IMG/VR virus record: IMGVR_UViG_3300032156_000003
Span: 1-64,000 of that record
DNA length: 64,000 nucleotides
Source of the DNA: a virus
Reading direction: 5' to 3' (one strand)
The position numbers and the translations under genes were made by a program. This document shows, piece by piece, positions 47,608-56,926 of this stretch. Positions within the stretch are counted from its first letter, which is position 1; the number at the start of each line of letters is the position of its first letter. The notes beneath the pieces are model-generated. The model was not told the origin of the DNA. It searched no databases and worked only from the letters and a program-made list of their open reading frames with translations.

Positions 47608-48048
47608 ATGACAACATTACTATCGGCGGCAAATTTTCGTGGCTCAAAAACGTTGGTGGCCAACTTCTTCGGCCAGCCAGGTAAAGGGTTTTGTTTTCAC
47701 GCGAAGGGGTACTCTTCTGCCCTTAACCCGGAACCGGAGTTTATATTCACATTGGGGGGAACGACTATTTGGGACAGTGGTTCGGTGACTGGATGGCGCA
47801 TGTGGTCTCTGGAATTGGATGTCATCTGCGTCACCACGGGCGCGCCGGGTTCGGTTCGAGCGACGGGAAAGTTCTTAATACAGGAAACCGCTGGAGGTGG
47901 CGTGCTATGGTTGTCAGGCAGCAACTTACACGCGAGTTACATCGCCGTCACGACTACTGGGGCGTTGGCAATAGATCTGGACTGCACACTTGCAGGTGCT
48001 ACCGGGTATGTATATTGCTCAAGCGCGTGGCTGGAGGAGTTCGACTGA
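47608..48048 (+). CDS. Fibre tip-like beta domain encoded as a separate ORF
   Basis: AGGAG SD and ATG 47608; 'TTLL...GSKTL.ANFF...GK'. Confidence 0.55.
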   Translation: MTTLLSAANFRGSKTLVANFFGQPGKGFCFHAKGYSSALNPEPEFIFTLGGTTIWDSGSVTGWRMWSLELDVICVTTGAPGSVRATGKFLIQETAGGGVLWLSGSNLHASYIAVTTTGALAIDLDCTLAGATGYVYCSSAWLEEFD

Positions 48049-48053
48049 TTACC

Positions 48054-48093
48054 TTGATTTTTCTCGTCGAAAGTATTACATTGACGGTTGCAA
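48054..48093 (+). promoter_or_regulatory. Sigma70-type promoter with a TTGAC-N5-CAA box overlapping -10/+1
   Basis: TTGATT(48054)-17 nt-TACATT(48077); TTGACGGTTGCAA at 48081-48093. Confidence 0.6.
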
Positions 48094-48122
48094 TCGAAAC
48101 ACACCAACCAAGGGGATAGACG

Positions 48123-48710
48123 ATGCTGACACACCGGAAGATTGAGGGATTCAACCAGTTTCTCACCAAGATGGCCGGGGCCTACTTCACGTCGACAGAC
48201 CAGACGGAGCAGGCGGGAAACAAAGCCGCCGCTGCGGACCTAGTAGAGAAAGTCCGCCTCCACACTCGTTACGCTTATGGCATCGCTCGTAACCAGCGCA
48301 TTATTGAGGGTGTCATAAAGTCCATGAGTGACGCTCTGAAAAATGAGAAGCTGGAAGCGTGGCAGAAGGCGCATCAGGCGCTCGTCGCCGAGAAGCTGGA
48401 CGCCGAAAAGATGGAGAAACGATACACCGCGCTAAAGATGGAGCACGACGTCGATAACCTCATCGCAGAAGCCAACCGTCGGCACAACGAATTGATGGAG
48501 TTGGAAGTTCTAGCTGACGACGGAACTCCGCTTAAACTGTACCGAATTCTCGTGACTGACCTTCCTGGTTGGAACGACCCAGCGGATGCTCCCGGCGACA
48601 AGCGCAACGGAATCGTGACGCCCATAGATATCGCGTTCTTGTTCGACATCGGCGTGCTGTTCGACCCGTCCGATGCCGAAGCCGCTAAGCCAGCCGGACC
48701 AGCGAACTAA
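48123..48710 (+). CDS. Helical protein, possible fibre assembly chaperone
   Basis: Follows the fibre genes; 'RYAYGIARN' plus coiled coil. Confidence 0.55.
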   Translation: MLTHRKIEGFNQFLTKMAGAYFTSTDQTEQAGNKAAAADLVEKVRLHTRYAYGIARNQRIIEGVIKSMSDALKNEKLEAWQKAHQALVAEKLDAEKMEKRYTALKMEHDVDNLIAEANRRHNELMELEVLADDGTPLKLYRILVTDLPGWNDPADAPGDKRNGIVTPIDIAFLFDIGVLFDPSDAEAAKPAGPAN

Positions 48711-48740
48711 CCAGCCCACGTCGATTTTCGAACAACTCGC

Positions 48741-48769
48741 TTGACAATCGCAACGGCAAGGCGCAAGCT
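48741..48769 (+). promoter_or_regulatory. Putative promoter with a TTGAC-N5-CAA box upstream of the HTH gene
   Basis: TTGACA(48741)-17 nt-CAAGCT (weak -10). Confidence 0.5.
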
Positions 48770-48825
48770 GTCCCTTGAGGTGGGCGGTGACGAGTGCACA
48801 ACCCAATCGAGAGGAGTTGAAGTAG

Positions 48826-49095
48826 ATGCCAAGGTACTACACGCCTGAATATGCTCGCGTTAAAGTCCGAGCAGCCACGCACGGCATGACGTTCGCGCAA
48901 CTCGCGGGGAAGTGTGGGGTGTCGCGACAGGCGCTTGAGATGTCGCTCAAGGCCGGGCGTCCCGCGCTGGCCGGGCTGGAACGTCTCGCCGGGGCGCTCA
49001 ACATGGACCGTGACGCCGTGCTCGCGCCGCTCAAGAACTCGGAACTCATTGCGGCGGCCCTGTGGTACGCCGGGTTGACGGGAGGACAGCGTTGA
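48826..49095 (+). CDS. XRE/Cro-like HTH regulator
   Basis: 'HGMTFAQLAGKCGVSRQAL...LERLAGALNM'. Confidence 0.8.
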   Translation: MPRYYTPEYARVKVRAATHGMTFAQLAGKCGVSRQALEMSLKAGRPALAGLERLAGALNMDRDAVLAPLKNSELIAAALWYAGLTGGQR

Positions 49096-49907
49096 CGACC
49101 TTGGACCACCTGTCGGCGTCGTCCTATGGCCAGTTCTTCAAGTGCCCGGCACAGTGGGACTACGTGCACAACCAGGGAATCAAGATTCCTCCCGGAATCG
49201 CGGCGCACGTCGGGAGCGGGTTGCACGGCGCGGCGGAAGTGAACTTCCGGCAGAAGATTGTCACGGGGGTAGACCTACCGGCATCCGACCTTGCCGACGC
49301 GGCTGTCACCAAGTACCGCGAGCGAGTCGAGAAGGACGGCGTGCTCTGTACGCGCGAAGAACGGCCCGCCCTTGGTCGTCTGCTGTCCGAGGGGGTAGAC
49401 AGAGCGGTGAAATTCTCCCGCGTACTGGCGGCCACGGTAGCGCCCTTGTATCGCCCCGCCTCGGTTGAGCAGTTCGTCAAGTACCAGGGGCCGGATTCGC
49501 CGGTCCCGTGGGTGGGGTATATCGATCTCACGACGGCGGACAACAAACTCGTCGACTGGAAAACAGCGGGCAAGCGGTGGCCGAAGGGGCGGGAGCACCG
49601 CGAGTCGCAAGCGACGGTGTACAGAAAGTTATTCCGCGCCGACCGTGGCATCGAACCGGCCTCGACGGTGTTCGAAGTGTTCTTCGATTCGAAGGACGGG
49701 GCGAAGCGAGACGACCGGACCACGGTGCGGGACGACGCGGATTGGGTGGCGTTGCAGCACGGAGCGGGAATCATGCTGCGGATGATAGACCACGGGGACT
49801 TCCCACCGTGTGTGCCGGGGTCGTGGAATTGCTCGCCCACGTGGTGTGGCTTATTTTGGGTGTGTCGACACGTGTCCGAGCGGGTTCGGAGATTGCCGAA
49901 TGTGTGA
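49092..49907 (+). CDS. PD-(D/E)XK (RecB-family) exonuclease
   Basis: 'HLSASS..F.KCP...GSGLH...GYIDL...LVDWKT...Q...Y...C..WC.....C'. Confidence 0.85.
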   Translation: MTTLDHLSASSYGQFFKCPAQWDYVHNQGIKIPPGIAAHVGSGLHGAAEVNFRQKIVTGVDLPASDLADAAVTKYRERVEKDGVLCTREERPALGRLLSEGVDRAVKFSRVLAATVAPLYRPASVEQFVKYQGPDSPVPWVGYIDLTTADNKLVDWKTAGKRWPKGREHRESQATVYRKLFRADRGIEPASTVFEVFFDSKDGAKRDDRTTVRDDADWVALQHGAGIMLRMIDHGDFPPCVPGSWNCSPTWCGLFWVCRHVSERVRRLPNV

Positions 49908-50047
49908 GGTCTGGCATGGTTTTTCTTTGTTCGGTGCGGCATGGCATGGCGAAGTGCTGCTGAGTTGAGTGTCGCAAAGTATAGAAACCGCTCGGTGAGA
50001 TCACGTTCAACCCGAGTGGTCTAGGGAAACGAAGAAAGGGGATTCCA

Positions 50048-51295
50048 ATGGCAGACAAGAATCAGGAATGGCAGGGGAACGTCAAGGTCGTGGACCCGCA
50101 GGCGCTCGCGCCGGTCGCGCCGATTCAGGCGCTCGCGCAGTCGGCGGCCGTCGACGCGGCGCGTGTGCTGTCGGAAACGCAGGCCATGGTGCTCATGGCG
50201 AGGTCCAACCCGCGCAACGAGTTCGCGGTGCTCAAGAAAATCAAGGCGATGTGCTCGCGGTTGCGGCTCGCCGAGAAGGCGCTCTACTCGTTTCCGCGCA
50301 GCAACAAGACCGTCACCGGCCCTAGCATCGATCTCATGGAGGCCATCGCCACGGCCTACGGCAACCTGGACCACGGGTGGCGGATGCTCGAAGAGGACGG
50401 CGAGTCCGTGCGCGTGGAAACCTACGCTTGGGACATGGAGACGAACTCGCGGACCCGTATCGAATTCTGGATGCGCCGCGTCCGCGACACGAAGCAGGGG
50501 GAGAAGGAACTCCATGACGAGCGCGACAAATACGAGATCGTGGCGAACTACGCCAGCCGTCGCAAGCGCGCGTGCCTGGAGAAAATCATCCCCGTCGACA
50601 TCGTTGAGCAGGCTGTCGAGTGGTGCATGAAGACCATCGAAAAGGGCGATGACGAGATGCCGCTGGTAGACCGCATCCGGGGTATGGTGTTGCAGTTCGC
50701 GGAACTCGGTGTCAGCCAAGTCATGTTGGAAAAGCGACTCGGGCACACGGTGGACACGACCATCGCGAAGGAACTGCCAGAGCTTCGCGCCATCGCCAAC
50801 GGGTTGAAGGGTGGACGCGGGCGGGAGGAGTTCTTTGACCTCGCGCTGGCCGGGCAGGCTCCCGCGACGAAGGCCGCCCCGTCCGCGAAGGCAGACCCCG
50901 CGCCGGTCGAACTGCCCAAGGCTGCGGACCCGCCGACGGTCGCCGAGAAGCCCAAGGCCGAACCGACCCCGGCCGCCGTCCACGTTGTGACGAAGCCCGA
51001 GACGTCCGAGCCCGCGAGCACGGCCACGCATCGGCTGTTCGATACGTTGCTCGGCCGGTTGCACAACACCTACAAGATGACCGACGAGATGATTCGCGCG
51101 GCCCTTGGAGGACCCATCGAAGGTGCTCCCGTAGATGAATTAGAGCGGGTCATCACTGAAACCGAACTACGAAACAAGAGGACGCGCAAGGGGAAGAACC
51201 CGCCGCCGCTGAATCTCGTGCCGCAGGGCGAACCCGAGACGGGCGGACCTCCCGAGATGGAAATGCCGCCGAACGACCAGGATGAAGAATTCTAG
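50048..51295 (+). CDS. Conserved phage protein, probable ssDNA-annealing recombinase
   Basis: 'ARSNPRNE...ALYSFPR...VTGPSI.L.E.IA..YGNL..G...AWDMETN'; adjacent to the exonuclease. Function inferred from synteny. Confidence 0.55.
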   Translation: MADKNQEWQGNVKVVDPQALAPVAPIQALAQSAAVDAARVLSETQAMVLMARSNPRNEFAVLKKIKAMCSRLRLAEKALYSFPRSNKTVTGPSIDLMEAIATAYGNLDHGWRMLEEDGESVRVETYAWDMETNSRTRIEFWMRRVRDTKQGEKELHDERDKYEIVANYASRRKRACLEKIIPVDIVEQAVEWCMKTIEKGDDEMPLVDRIRGMVLQFAELGVSQVMLEKRLGHTVDTTIAKELPELRAIANGLKGGRGREEFFDLALAGQAPATKAAPSAKADPAPVELPKAADPPTVAEKPKAEPTPAAVHVVTKPETSEPASTATHRLFDTLLGRLHNTYKMTDEMIRAALGGPIEGAPVDELERVITETELRNKRTRKGKNPPPLNLVPQGEPETGGPPEMEMPPNDQDEEF

Positions 51296-51305
51296 GAGGT
51301 ACCCC

Positions 51306-51914
51306 GTGGCGTTTATCAAACGAGGTGGATACTCGCAACCGAGCGGTCCGCCGGCCAACCCCGTGCCGCCGTCACAACGCGCACAACTGGCGCTCGGGTT
51401 TCGACACTACGAGGACAGCGACAAGGCCCGGAGCGAGTTCGAGACGACGGAGCGGGACCACGTCGTGAAGCAACTCCGCGCCGAGGTCCAGGCCGGTGCC
51501 GAGGCCGGTTGTCGTTGCCCCGCGTGCGACCGCCTCGTGAAGTCGTACCGTCGCGCGATGAACGCCGATATGGCGCGGTTCCTCATCCTGCTCTGTCGCG
51601 AGTACCTCGCCAAGCCGCCGGACACGTTCGTCGACATCCGCACAATCTCGGTCCGTGGCGGCGACTATGCGAAGCTCACCCATTGGGGACTGGTAGAGCA
51701 GGCGCACAACGACGACCCCGCCAAACGCTCCAGCGGCCTCTGGCGTCCGACTCCGCGCGGGCTGGCATTCGCCCAAGGGACGGCAACGGAGCCGGGTCAC
51801 GTGGTGCTTCTCGACAACCAGGTGAGGGGCTTTACCGATGACCGCGTGAACATCTGGGAAGCGCTCGGGACTCACTTCAACTTTGAGGTGCTGTGGAGAG
51901 GAGAGAAGAAATGA
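51306..51914 (+). CDS. Hypothetical phage protein (CPAC plus wHTH-like region)
   Basis: AGGAGG SD then GTG; 'DYAKLTHWGLVE...GLWRPT.RG..F'. Confidence 0.65.
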   Translation: MAFIKRGGYSQPSGPPANPVPPSQRAQLALGFRHYEDSDKARSEFETTERDHVVKQLRAEVQAGAEAGCRCPACDRLVKSYRRAMNADMARFLILLCREYLAKPPDTFVDIRTISVRGGDYAKLTHWGLVEQAHNDDPAKRSSGLWRPTPRGLAFAQGTATEPGHVVLLDNQVRGFTDDRVNIWEALGTHFNFEVLWRGEKK

Positions 51915-52213
51915 GAATCGATAAAACCTATACCGCCGAATTCGAATTCGAAGTGGACAAGCTAACTGAGAGAGTCCACAGGCTTGACGGTGTTCTTATA
52001 ATGCCGTGCGGGCCAGATTTCTTGATGTTCGCCGTGGACGAAATGCTCGACATAAATGGAGAGAAGATAGACGTCACGGAACACCACTGCGATGAGTTGG
52101 CCTCTGGACATCAATTCGGGGAACTCAAATTCCCAGAGGAGTATCAGTTGTGTCTTGTGCGTCGAATGGATTCCGCGAAGATGATCGAATACGACAAAAG
52201 GAACAAAGAATGA
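51911..52213 (+). CDS. Hypothetical protein (lower GC)
   Basis: ATGA overlap; 100 aa. Confidence 0.5.
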   Translation: MRIDKTYTAEFEFEVDKLTERVHRLDGVLIMPCGPDFLMFAVDEMLDINGEKIDVTEHHCDELASGHQFGELKFPEEYQLCLVRRMDSAKMIEYDKRNKE

Positions 52214-52258
52214 CCGGTACGACGAATCGAGGTGTCGAACCGTTTGGAGGGTTCCGAG

Positions 52259-52426
52259 ATGTCCGAATCACAAGCTGAAATTCAGGCACAACTCGAAGCC
52301 GCAAACCTGCGCTTGATGGAGAGGCGGCGGGCGCTCGGGATACGAGACGACCGGCCGGTCCACGTCGGCGACGTCGTTGATGGCGTGCTCGCGGACCTGC
52401 GGCGGGAAGCGGAGGCGGCGAGATGA
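52259..52426 (+). CDS. Hypothetical protein
   Basis: GGAGG SD; ATGA overlap with the initiator gene. Confidence 0.5.
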   Translation: MSESQAEIQAQLEAANLRLMERRRALGIRDDRPVHVGDVVDGVLADLRREAEAAR

Positions 52427-53514
52427 CCTCCCAACGCGAGCCGTTCACCTGTCTCTATCGGGGCATCTGGAACGATGACAAATTCTGGCTGCGCTCGGAA
52501 CTCGGGCAGCGTGTTTACCTCTACGTCCTGTCCACCCCTCTCGGTAACGGGCTCGGCTGTTTCAAGGCCGGGATGGCAGCGATGGCCGAAGACCTCCGAA
52601 TGTTGCCGTCAAGGTTCGCCGAAGGTTTCGGGGAAGGTTTCGATGAACGTTACGGTGAACCTTTGTTCAACTATGACGAAGGGGCTCGGGTAGTTTTCAT
52701 CCCGAAGTATTTGGAGCGCAACCCGCCGAGCAACCCGAACGGTATCCGGGCGCTCGCCAAGGCGTTCGTATCCATCCCGGACTGCAAACTGAAACACGAT
52801 TGCTATCAAACGGTTAAGGCATTTGTCGAGAGAAAAAACCCAACAACCGAGGGTGGCGGGAAAACGTTCGCGCAAGCATTCGAGGAATCATTCGCTGAAC
52901 CTTCATTGAACCATGCCGCCAACGTTGACCGAACCATGCCGCTATGGTTCGAGGACTCACCAGGAATAAATACCGTTCCCGTTCCCCTTCCCGTTCCCTT
53001 GGCCGTTCCCGATACCTGTACCGGGAGCGCGAGCCGCGCTCCTCGCACACCCGCGCGTGTCGTATACGACCTAGAAGATCCAAGGGGATTTGAAGACGAT
53101 TGGGATTGGGAGAACCTACCGGAAGAACTAACCGACCAACTATCGGCATCCCTGTCGGATGTCTCACACGAACTCGCGGTGCGGTTGCTATGGTACTGGC
53201 CGATGGTCGGACCGCAGTGGGCAGAAGAGACGGCCGTCCAAACCCTAAAACTCTACGTCGACAAGGGGGTGGACGTGAAGTTTGCGCTGGCACAGGCGGC
53301 GGCGAGATACCATCGCTCGGACACGATGGTGCATTCTCTTCGCGGCTCACTGTCGTCATGGATGTCCAACGACCTTGACAAGCTGAAAAAGACCAACGGA
53401 AAAGGTGGCGGATACGTCGAACCTCCGAAAAAACAAGCGGCGTGGGAAATCGAGGCGACTCGGATGCAAAAACTGTGGGACGAAAAACATGGCAAAAAAC
53501 CCGCAGCCGGTTGA
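52423..53514 (+). CDS. Replication initiator / replisome organizer-like protein
   Basis: 'IWNDDKF..LS...Q.VYLY.L..P' N-terminus; PVPVPLP linker; internal 12-nt repeats; directly upstream of dnaB. Confidence 0.7.
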   Translation: MTSQREPFTCLYRGIWNDDKFWLRSELGQRVYLYVLSTPLGNGLGCFKAGMAAMAEDLRMLPSRFAEGFGEGFDERYGEPLFNYDEGARVVFIPKYLERNPPSNPNGIRALAKAFVSIPDCKLKHDCYQTVKAFVERKNPTTEGGGKTFAQAFEESFAEPSLNHAANVDRTMPLWFEDSPGINTVPVPLPVPLAVPDTCTGSASRAPRTPARVVYDLEDPRGFEDDWDWENLPEELTDQLSASLSDVSHELAVRLLWYWPMVGPQWAEETAVQTLKLYVDKGVDVKFALAQAAARYHRSDTMVHSLRGSLSSWMSNDLDKLKKTNGKGGGYVEPPKKQAAWEIEATRMQKLWDEKHGKKPAAG

Positions 53515-54895
53515 CGGACAGCGCGTCCCGCCGCACAACCTGGAAGCCGAAGCGGCCGTGCTCGGGGCGGTGCTCCTCAACAACGCGGCGTTTCACGTGG
53601 CGGCCCCGCGTATCACGTCGGCGGACTTTTACGCCTGGAAACATAGGTACATTTGGGATGCCATGTCCCGGCTGTCCAAGTTGGGCGAACCGATAGACGC
53701 CGTGACGGTCGGCAACGACCTGATACAAGCGGGGAACCTGGAGAAGTGCGGTGGTGCGCTTGCCCTGGACGGCCTGATAGAAGAGGTGGCGACCGTCGCC
53801 AACATCGAGCACTACGCGAAAATCATCGCGCGCAAGGCGGCGCTTCGGCGTGTCATCTACGCGGCGCAGACCATCGTGGCGGAAGCGTTCGCGAACGGCG
53901 GCGAGGACGAAACCGTTGAGGAGTTTCTGGCGCAGTCCCGCGCCGACTTCACTGTGGCGTCTCTGTCGCTGGCGTCCACGGGTAGCGTGTGCCAGTCGGC
54001 GAGCCAGGGGATGCACGATTTGTTCAACGCCTTGGAGGCTGGAAGGCCCATCGTCGACACCATGCCGATCGGGTTCGGTGGAATCAAGATTCCGAGAGGT
54101 ACGCCGACGGTCATCGGTGGCCGCCCATCGAACGGAAAGAGTGTCGTGGCCATGACGGCAGCCCGCAACCTTGCGGCACAGGGGCGGAGTGGCATCTACT
54201 TCTCGCTGGAAGAGACGTCACGGGTTCAGTGGGCGCGGCTCGCGTGCCAGATGTCGGGCATCGCTGCGAAGCGGATCATCGAGTGCGACGTGCGAGGAAA
54301 CGAATTCAAGGTGCTCGCGGACGCGGCGAGCGATGCGGCCCGGTTCAATCTCTACCTGTGCGACAGGACGGGTGTCGACTCCATGTTCATCCGGCAGGAA
54401 GCGGCGGCGCACAAGGAACGGCACGGCCTGGATTTCGTGGTCGTCGACTACATCCAACTGATTCGCGAGAAGGTGCGGTCGGGACAGGCGCGACACGAGA
54501 GGTACGCCGAGGCCATGCAAGGACTTGTGGACCTCGCCCGCGAACTGGACATCGCGGTTATCGTCGTCTCGCAGATTCGACGGAGCGAGTTCAAACCTGA
54601 AAAAGAGCCGTCTCCGCCGTCAATTGAGCAACTGAAAGAGACGGGCGAAATCGAGCAAGCGGCGAAGCTCATTCTGCTTTTGCACTACCCGTATTTCTAC
54701 ACGAAGAACATCGAGGGCGCGGAGCAAAAGCCGAACATCTTGCGGATGGACATCGCCAAGGACAGCATCGGAGAGGGCGGGGTACGGATGCTTCACGCCA
54801 TCATGCCGCGCCTGTGGGTTGGGGACGTGGAAGCGGTGTACGAACCGGGTCAGCCGGACGAGGCGTATCGAGAGAATCGGCCAGGGGAGTATTGA
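53489..54895 (+). CDS. dnaB: Replicative DNA helicase, DnaB family
   Basis: 'PPHNLEAEAAVLG'; Walker A 'GGRPSNGKS'; 'FSLE'; 'VVVDYIQL'; 'LARELDIAV.VVSQ'; 'LKETGEIEQ.A'. Confidence 0.93.
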   Translation: MAKNPQPVDGQRVPPHNLEAEAAVLGAVLLNNAAFHVAAPRITSADFYAWKHRYIWDAMSRLSKLGEPIDAVTVGNDLIQAGNLEKCGGALALDGLIEEVATVANIEHYAKIIARKAALRRVIYAAQTIVAEAFANGGEDETVEEFLAQSRADFTVASLSLASTGSVCQSASQGMHDLFNALEAGRPIVDTMPIGFGGIKIPRGTPTVIGGRPSNGKSVVAMTAARNLAAQGRSGIYFSLEETSRVQWARLACQMSGIAAKRIIECDVRGNEFKVLADAASDAARFNLYLCDRTGVDSMFIRQEAAAHKERHGLDFVVVDYIQLIREKVRSGQARHERYAEAMQGLVDLARELDIAVIVVSQIRRSEFKPEKEPSPPSIEQLKETGEIEQAAKLILLLHYPYFYTKNIEGAEQKPNILRMDIAKDSIGEGGVRMLHAIMPRLWVGDVEAVYEPGQPDEAYRENRPGEY

Positions 54896-54905
54896 GGTCT
54901 CGGGA

Positions 54906-54935
54906 CTGACACCGCGTCCCCTCCCGTGGTAGAAT
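54906..54935 (+). promoter_or_regulatory. Putative extended -10 promoter for the endolysin
   Basis: CTGACA(54906)-18 nt-TAGAAT(54930) with TG at -15/-14. Confidence 0.5.
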
Positions 54936-54954
54936 CGCCCGAAAGGTAAAGCGG

Positions 54955-55746
54955 ATGACGAACACTAGCATCATGGTTGGCGGCTCCCCGGTGGACATCG
55001 GCATCCCTGTTATTCGGTGGACCGACCACGGCGGGTTTGACGGCTACACGACCAAGGCCGTGACCGTGGAAGACCGCAAGACGGGGAAGGACCGGACCAT
55101 CAAGGGACCGCGCTACAGCGCCCGCAAGGCTGGGCTGGCCTCGGTGTCGCAGTTGTTCGTGCACCACTCGGGCGGCGACGGGAAGAACCCCTCCGGCATG
55201 TACCAGACCTTGTGGATGGACCGGGGGTTGAGCGTCCAGTTCGCCATTGAGGATGACGGCCGGGTGTACCAGTTCCTTGACGCGGTGGAATGCGCCTGGC
55301 ACGCCGGGGCTCACAACGGGATTTCGGTGGGCGCGGAGCTGTGCCTGTTCCCGGACGCGGCGGCTGACCCGGACTACTACAGCCCGGCGAACTGCAAGCG
55401 GCGGAACAACCTGCCCCACGCCATCCGGTACGAGACGTTGCAGGGCTCGCCGCGCAAGGTATACGTCATGCCCGACGTTCAGGTGGACGCCTGCGCTCGG
55501 GTCATGGGAGGCGTGTGGGCGGCCGTGACGAAGGCGCGGGGCGAGGCGACAACAGCCCCGATGTTCCCGCGCGTCAGCGGGGTGATACCGCGAGAGGTCA
55601 TCGCGAACCCGAAAGAGCACGTCGGGATGATAGCCCACCTTCACACGACCACCCACAAGTGGGATTGTGCGGGCTTCAACTATGAGGAAGCGGAGCGCCT
55701 TTGCGGCTTGTACGCATCGGCGTTTCGCACAGCGCTAGGAGGTTAG
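54955..55746 (+). CDS. N-acetylmuramoyl-L-alanine amidase (endolysin, Amidase_2)
   Basis: 'LFVHHS...SVQFAIEDDG.VYQ...AWHAG.HN..SVG.E...IAH......K.D'. Confidence 0.88.
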   Translation: MTNTSIMVGGSPVDIGIPVIRWTDHGGFDGYTTKAVTVEDRKTGKDRTIKGPRYSARKAGLASVSQLFVHHSGGDGKNPSGMYQTLWMDRGLSVQFAIEDDGRVYQFLDAVECAWHAGAHNGISVGAELCLFPDAAADPDYYSPANCKRRNNLPHAIRYETLQGSPRKVYVMPDVQVDACARVMGGVWAAVTKARGEATTAPMFPRVSGVIPREVIANPKEHVGMIAHLHTTTHKWDCAGFNYEEAERLCGLYASAFRTALGG

Positions 55747-55751
55747 TTTTG

Positions 55752-56588
55752 TTGGACGAATACTTGAAGCAACAGAGGCAGGTGGAGCACGAACGGCGCG
55801 TCAAGCGCGAGAAGCGCGAGATGCTGATTACGGGGTTGGTATTGCTCGCGGCGGCCATCGTCGCGGCGGCGTTGCTGTGGGCGTCGAATGTGCACGCGGC
55901 GGCCGAAACAGAGTTGACCCACAAGGGCAAGGCGTGGGTGGTTAGTGCAGGGCGCGCATTCGCGGCGATTACGCGGCGGGAGTCTCCGAAACATTGGTAC
56001 GACTGCGGCGAGTTGACACCGGCTGGCGAGTGGAACGCTCGCGGCGAGCGCATAGCAGAAGCCGCCTTGCTCGCGATGAAACACCATGGGTTACACGTTG
56101 ACCCCATGGGTTTACTCGCCGTCGCCTGGAATGAGAGTCGTGGAAACGCTTGCTCGATTGGCCCACGGACGCGGGCGCGAGCCGAGAAGATGGGACTCCT
56201 ACCGGTTGGGAAGACTTGGCGAGAGTACACCCGAGCGGACGTGCTCGCCGTGCTCGACAACCCCAAGTGGAAGGAACGCGGCAACGTGGCGGACGTCGGG
56301 GTGTGGCAGGATGTCTACCCGCCCTACGCGCGCATCCTCGACGACAGCGGCGACTTGACGTGTCTGCGACCGAAAAACGTCCGCTGTCGCATCCCACGGA
56401 CGCATGAACTTGTGACCGTCGAGACGAGCGCGGAAGTGGGGGTTCACGGGATGCTAGTACGCTACTTCCATTTTCGGACTCGCGAGCCGTGGCTGTACTG
56501 GCCTTGGACGATTCGAGACAGCTACAGCCGAGCGGTCGAGGCGACAATCAAGGCGCTGAACGACGAAATGAAGAAGGGGAGAACATGA
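55752..56588 (+). CDS. Membrane-anchored or secreted lytic transglycosylase-like protein
   Basis: N-terminal hydrophobic helix; 'LAVAWNESRGN' (catalytic ES-like) and 'DVGVWQ' (GLMQ-like); start may instead be ATG 55821. Confidence 0.55.
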   Translation: MDEYLKQQRQVEHERRVKREKREMLITGLVLLAAAIVAAALLWASNVHAAAETELTHKGKAWVVSAGRAFAAITRRESPKHWYDCGELTPAGEWNARGERIAEAALLAMKHHGLHVDPMGLLAVAWNESRGNACSIGPRTRARAEKMGLLPVGKTWREYTRADVLAVLDNPKWKERGNVADVGVWQDVYPPYARILDDSGDLTCLRPKNVRCRIPRTHELVTVETSAEVGVHGMLVRYFHFRTREPWLYWPWTIRDSYSRAVEATIKALNDEMKKGRT

Positions 56589-56926
56589 GCGAAACCATCG
56601 AAATCATCGTGTCCGAAGACCTGCCTTGGGTGAACCGCAACGCGCCGCATCCGGGGCACCGGGAGATTGAGCGCATCGTGGCGACGTGCGAGGACAACCC
56701 GCGCGGGAACCATCCGAAGCGAGTTGTGGCCGCCAAGGTCGCGCTCGAAACGTGGATTGCCGAGAACGGCGGTCGCGTGCGGTCGCTGAACCCGACGAAG
56801 ACCGACGACGGGTCGCCGGGGTTCCTCGCCGTCATCGAGGGGTACAAGCCGTTGCCGAGACAACGGCCCGTGGCGAGGGCTGGCGTCCATGCTCCGGCGG
56901 CGAACCGACTGGTCAAGGGCCGGTAG
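56585..56926 (+). CDS. Hypothetical protein
   Basis: ATGA overlap; GGGGAG SD. Confidence 0.55.
   Translation: MSETIEIIVSEDLPWVNRNAPHPGHREIERIVATCEDNPRGNHPKRVVAAKVALETWIAENGGRVRSLNPTKTDDGSPGFLAVIEGYKPLPRQRPVARAGVHAPAANRLVKGR

Noticed and set aside
48770-48825. Possible tRNA (also checked 13395-13480, 14108-14215, 44493-44600, 58953-59056)
   Set aside because: No cloverleaf with a TTC T-loop and matching acceptor stem could be built by eye; tRNAscan-SE would settle it.
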